Source: Amoebidium appalachense
Taxonomy: Eukaryota; Protista; Ichthyosporea
DNA: 64,000 nt
Assembly (NCBI GenBank): GCA_963693365.1
Contig: CAVNZM010000001.1
Coordinates: 4,356,907-4,420,906 of the forward strand
Direction of reading: 5' to 3'
This document shows positions 56,207 to 64,000 of this stretch, in pieces. A model generated the notes under the pieces. It ran no database searches, was not told the origin of the DNA, and saw only the letters and a list, made by a program, of their open reading frames with translations. Both the position numbers and the translations under genes were made by a program. Within the stretch, counting starts at the first letter, position 1; every line of letters starts with the position of its first letter.

Positions 56207-58053
56207 GAGGGGGGGGGGGGATGAGTGCAGAAAAAAGAACACGGACCAGGGAGATGGGGGAGATGTATTTGAGAGAGCGAAAGGCAGGGGGTGCATGGAT
56301 CGCTATAGGTGTGTGCTTATGCTTCAAGTTGCTCGTGGGTGGACTATATAAGGCAAGGCATAGCACTTACGGCAGTGAATCTACAAGGAGGAAATAGGGA
56401 GGAGGGAATACACACCTGCTTCTGTGTTAGTTCAGCATCGTCCAGTGATTCTGCGTGCTCTGACAAATGTGAGTGACCTGCTTAGGACAACTGAAATGAG
56501 TTGTAGATGATAGTGCTTTTCTATCACGTTGTTGTTGGAAAACCACACTGGCCGAGTTAGACTTCTGCCAGTGTGACTGGCACGACTTTCGTTCACAAGG
56601 ATAGGGCTGTACATACTGATGTCTTACGCGGTTGAGAGAGTTATAAAATGGCGCGTGTGTAACTTGTAAACAGCATCAGATTTCCGACGGGTAGTCGTAA
56701 AGTAACTCAAAAACATGATCTTTCGGGCGACACAAAGACAACGGGCACACGCCTATAATATTTCCCGTTCTTTGGCTTTGCTGTATTATGTCAAGGAGGA
56801 GACGTGGGATACCTGGCGTTGGTTTATAAGTTGAGTGCTATACCCCTCTATTTGAAAAGCTAAGCGTAGCGCGCGACCATGAAGTGTGGGTGGAGAGAAG
56901 TGACTGGCGCGGCAACGGTTGCAAGTACACAGCACAATGTCAAACAGCAATTTCCAACCCCGGTCGGGCGCCCATCTTTAAACTCACCCTAAACTGTTCT
57001 AAAACTTAAAAACTCTGGGGAGCCATTTGAGGCTCTGGGTACCATGTCCAAACGGCTTTATACAACGCAATGAGATTAAAAGTTCGCTTTAAAACTTTTG
57101 AGCATTCCGATTGGTCATTACAGATTGCCTCGGAGCAATCTGATTGGTCATTACAGCCACAAGGACCCCTCCGGAAACGTCCCGCAGCGTCGTAGGCCGC
57201 CCCGGCCACTTACGCAAGCCAGCAGGTACAAAGCCTTGGAGACTACATATATCATCAACTGTTTCAGACAGATCTGCAAACTTGAACAAACCGGTACCGG
57301 GGTCGATATGTAATGAAGGCATTACGGATTGACACTTGTGACACCCTTTCGTGTCATTTCTCACACAAGTGTAGAGCTCACGAGGCTCACTCACACCAAA
57401 CACTTGACGTCAGGCAGGACCTGACACGTGCCTACACACGTCTATAAATAAAGACGTCCGAGGCCTCACAGCCTCATGATCAGTCGACACACGAGCACAC
57501 CTTCATCACAGATACGTGCACGTGCACAGATCTAGATGCATGAGTTCGAACACGTGCATATATGGCTAGATCTAATATTAGTATTGCAAGAGAGAGTCAA
57601 TATGCATTTCCCAGCTTGCAGAAAGACGTGTGCATTGTTAACAGGGTGTCTAGAAAACGCTGCCTCGATGTATCATTCCCAATCTCCTTCAGTGACAGGT
57701 TTCCTGTCAGGGAGATTGGGTTTATTGGGGATAGGGGTTTGGGGGAAGGGGAGAGCGGGTCTCACGTGAGATGCCAAGAGTGAGAAAAAAAAAAGAATGT
57801 ACAGCCAATCGGGTGCCAGTATCCATAGCAATCGGAGAACGCGGCGACCCAGTTTGAGTCTGATTGGCTGGAACATGTTTCAGCGAATCAAAGCGCTCGC
57901 TTCTTATGTTTCAGCGAATCAAAGCGCTCGCTTCTTACCGGAACATTCTGCAACATGTGCGTGTAGTAATGTTCTACAACATGTGCGTGTCATAGTCGTA
58001 CTGAACAGATGCATGTGTGCACTCACGCGGCTATCGGCAGACATCTTTGGATT

Positions 58054-58172
<119 letters not shown>

Positions 58173-58722
58173 GGGGGGGGGGGGGGGGGGGGGGGGGCAG
58201 AGAGAGAGAGAGCACTGAAATATAAGAAAAGAGAGAAAGAGCAAAGAGAGAGAGAGAGAGCACTGAAATATAAGAAAAATAGAGGGAAATTTTCACAAAC
58301 AGATTGCAGCAGGCATATGCGCAGTGATGACAGACGTCGACAGCTGTGCACGGCAACATCGATTCGTTTTTTTTGGGGAGATAAGCGTCCATTGGGCCAA
58401 TTAATCTGGGCGTGGTATTGGGTGCAGCAGTACGGTGTGACAGACAGGTGTGCGTGGTATTTGATGTACTTGCATCTTAAACGACAGTAATGGGCATGGT
58501 ATTGGGTAACTGACGAGAGAGGGAGCCCGCACGCGTCACCAGGTGTTATAAGAACGTTAACACGTGCGCGTGCGTTTGCATTACGGCAATCATATGGGGC
58601 GTGGTATCGGGTATTTATAGTGCCCAAGTTGTACTAGTCAACTAGACACTAGACACATGTCATTTGGCCGAACAATTCACTTAAGGAGGTTTCAGGGAGA
58701 TTTTTCTTCATGAAAAAAAATA

Positions 58723-64000
<5,278 letters not shown>

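Noticed and set aside
57089-57403. ORF with PGRP motif reminiscent of a MULE transposase C-terminus
   Set aside because: Too short, and no DDE or SWIM core is visible.

Overview
Eukaryotic nuclear DNA from an intron-rich genome saturated with microsatellites. A unicellular holozoan or protist is plausible but cannot be proven here. Most of the supplied ORFs are artefacts of (CA)n/(GT)n/(GA)n repeats and poly-C/G runs. Splicing by hand gives five gene models: a motor-less myosin-I tail (TH1) protein (+, 8 exons), a small two-exon orphan gene (-), a roughly 34-exon bifunctional lysine-ketoglutarate reductase/saccharopine dehydrogenase AASS (-), a mitochondrial carrier of the SLC25A38/Hem25 type (-) and a LITAF-domain gene (-). 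The window also holds a 5'-truncated non-LTR retrotransposon, a 3-kb (TTCTTTGC)n satellite with higher-order structure, and the 5' part of an apparently intact Helitron whose Rep HUH motif is split by a spliceosomal intron. The most striking pattern is in the introns: on the sense strand, poly-C tracts follow many donors, (CA)n repeats replace the polypyrimidine tract at many acceptors, and donor sites are repeatedly tandem-duplicated.
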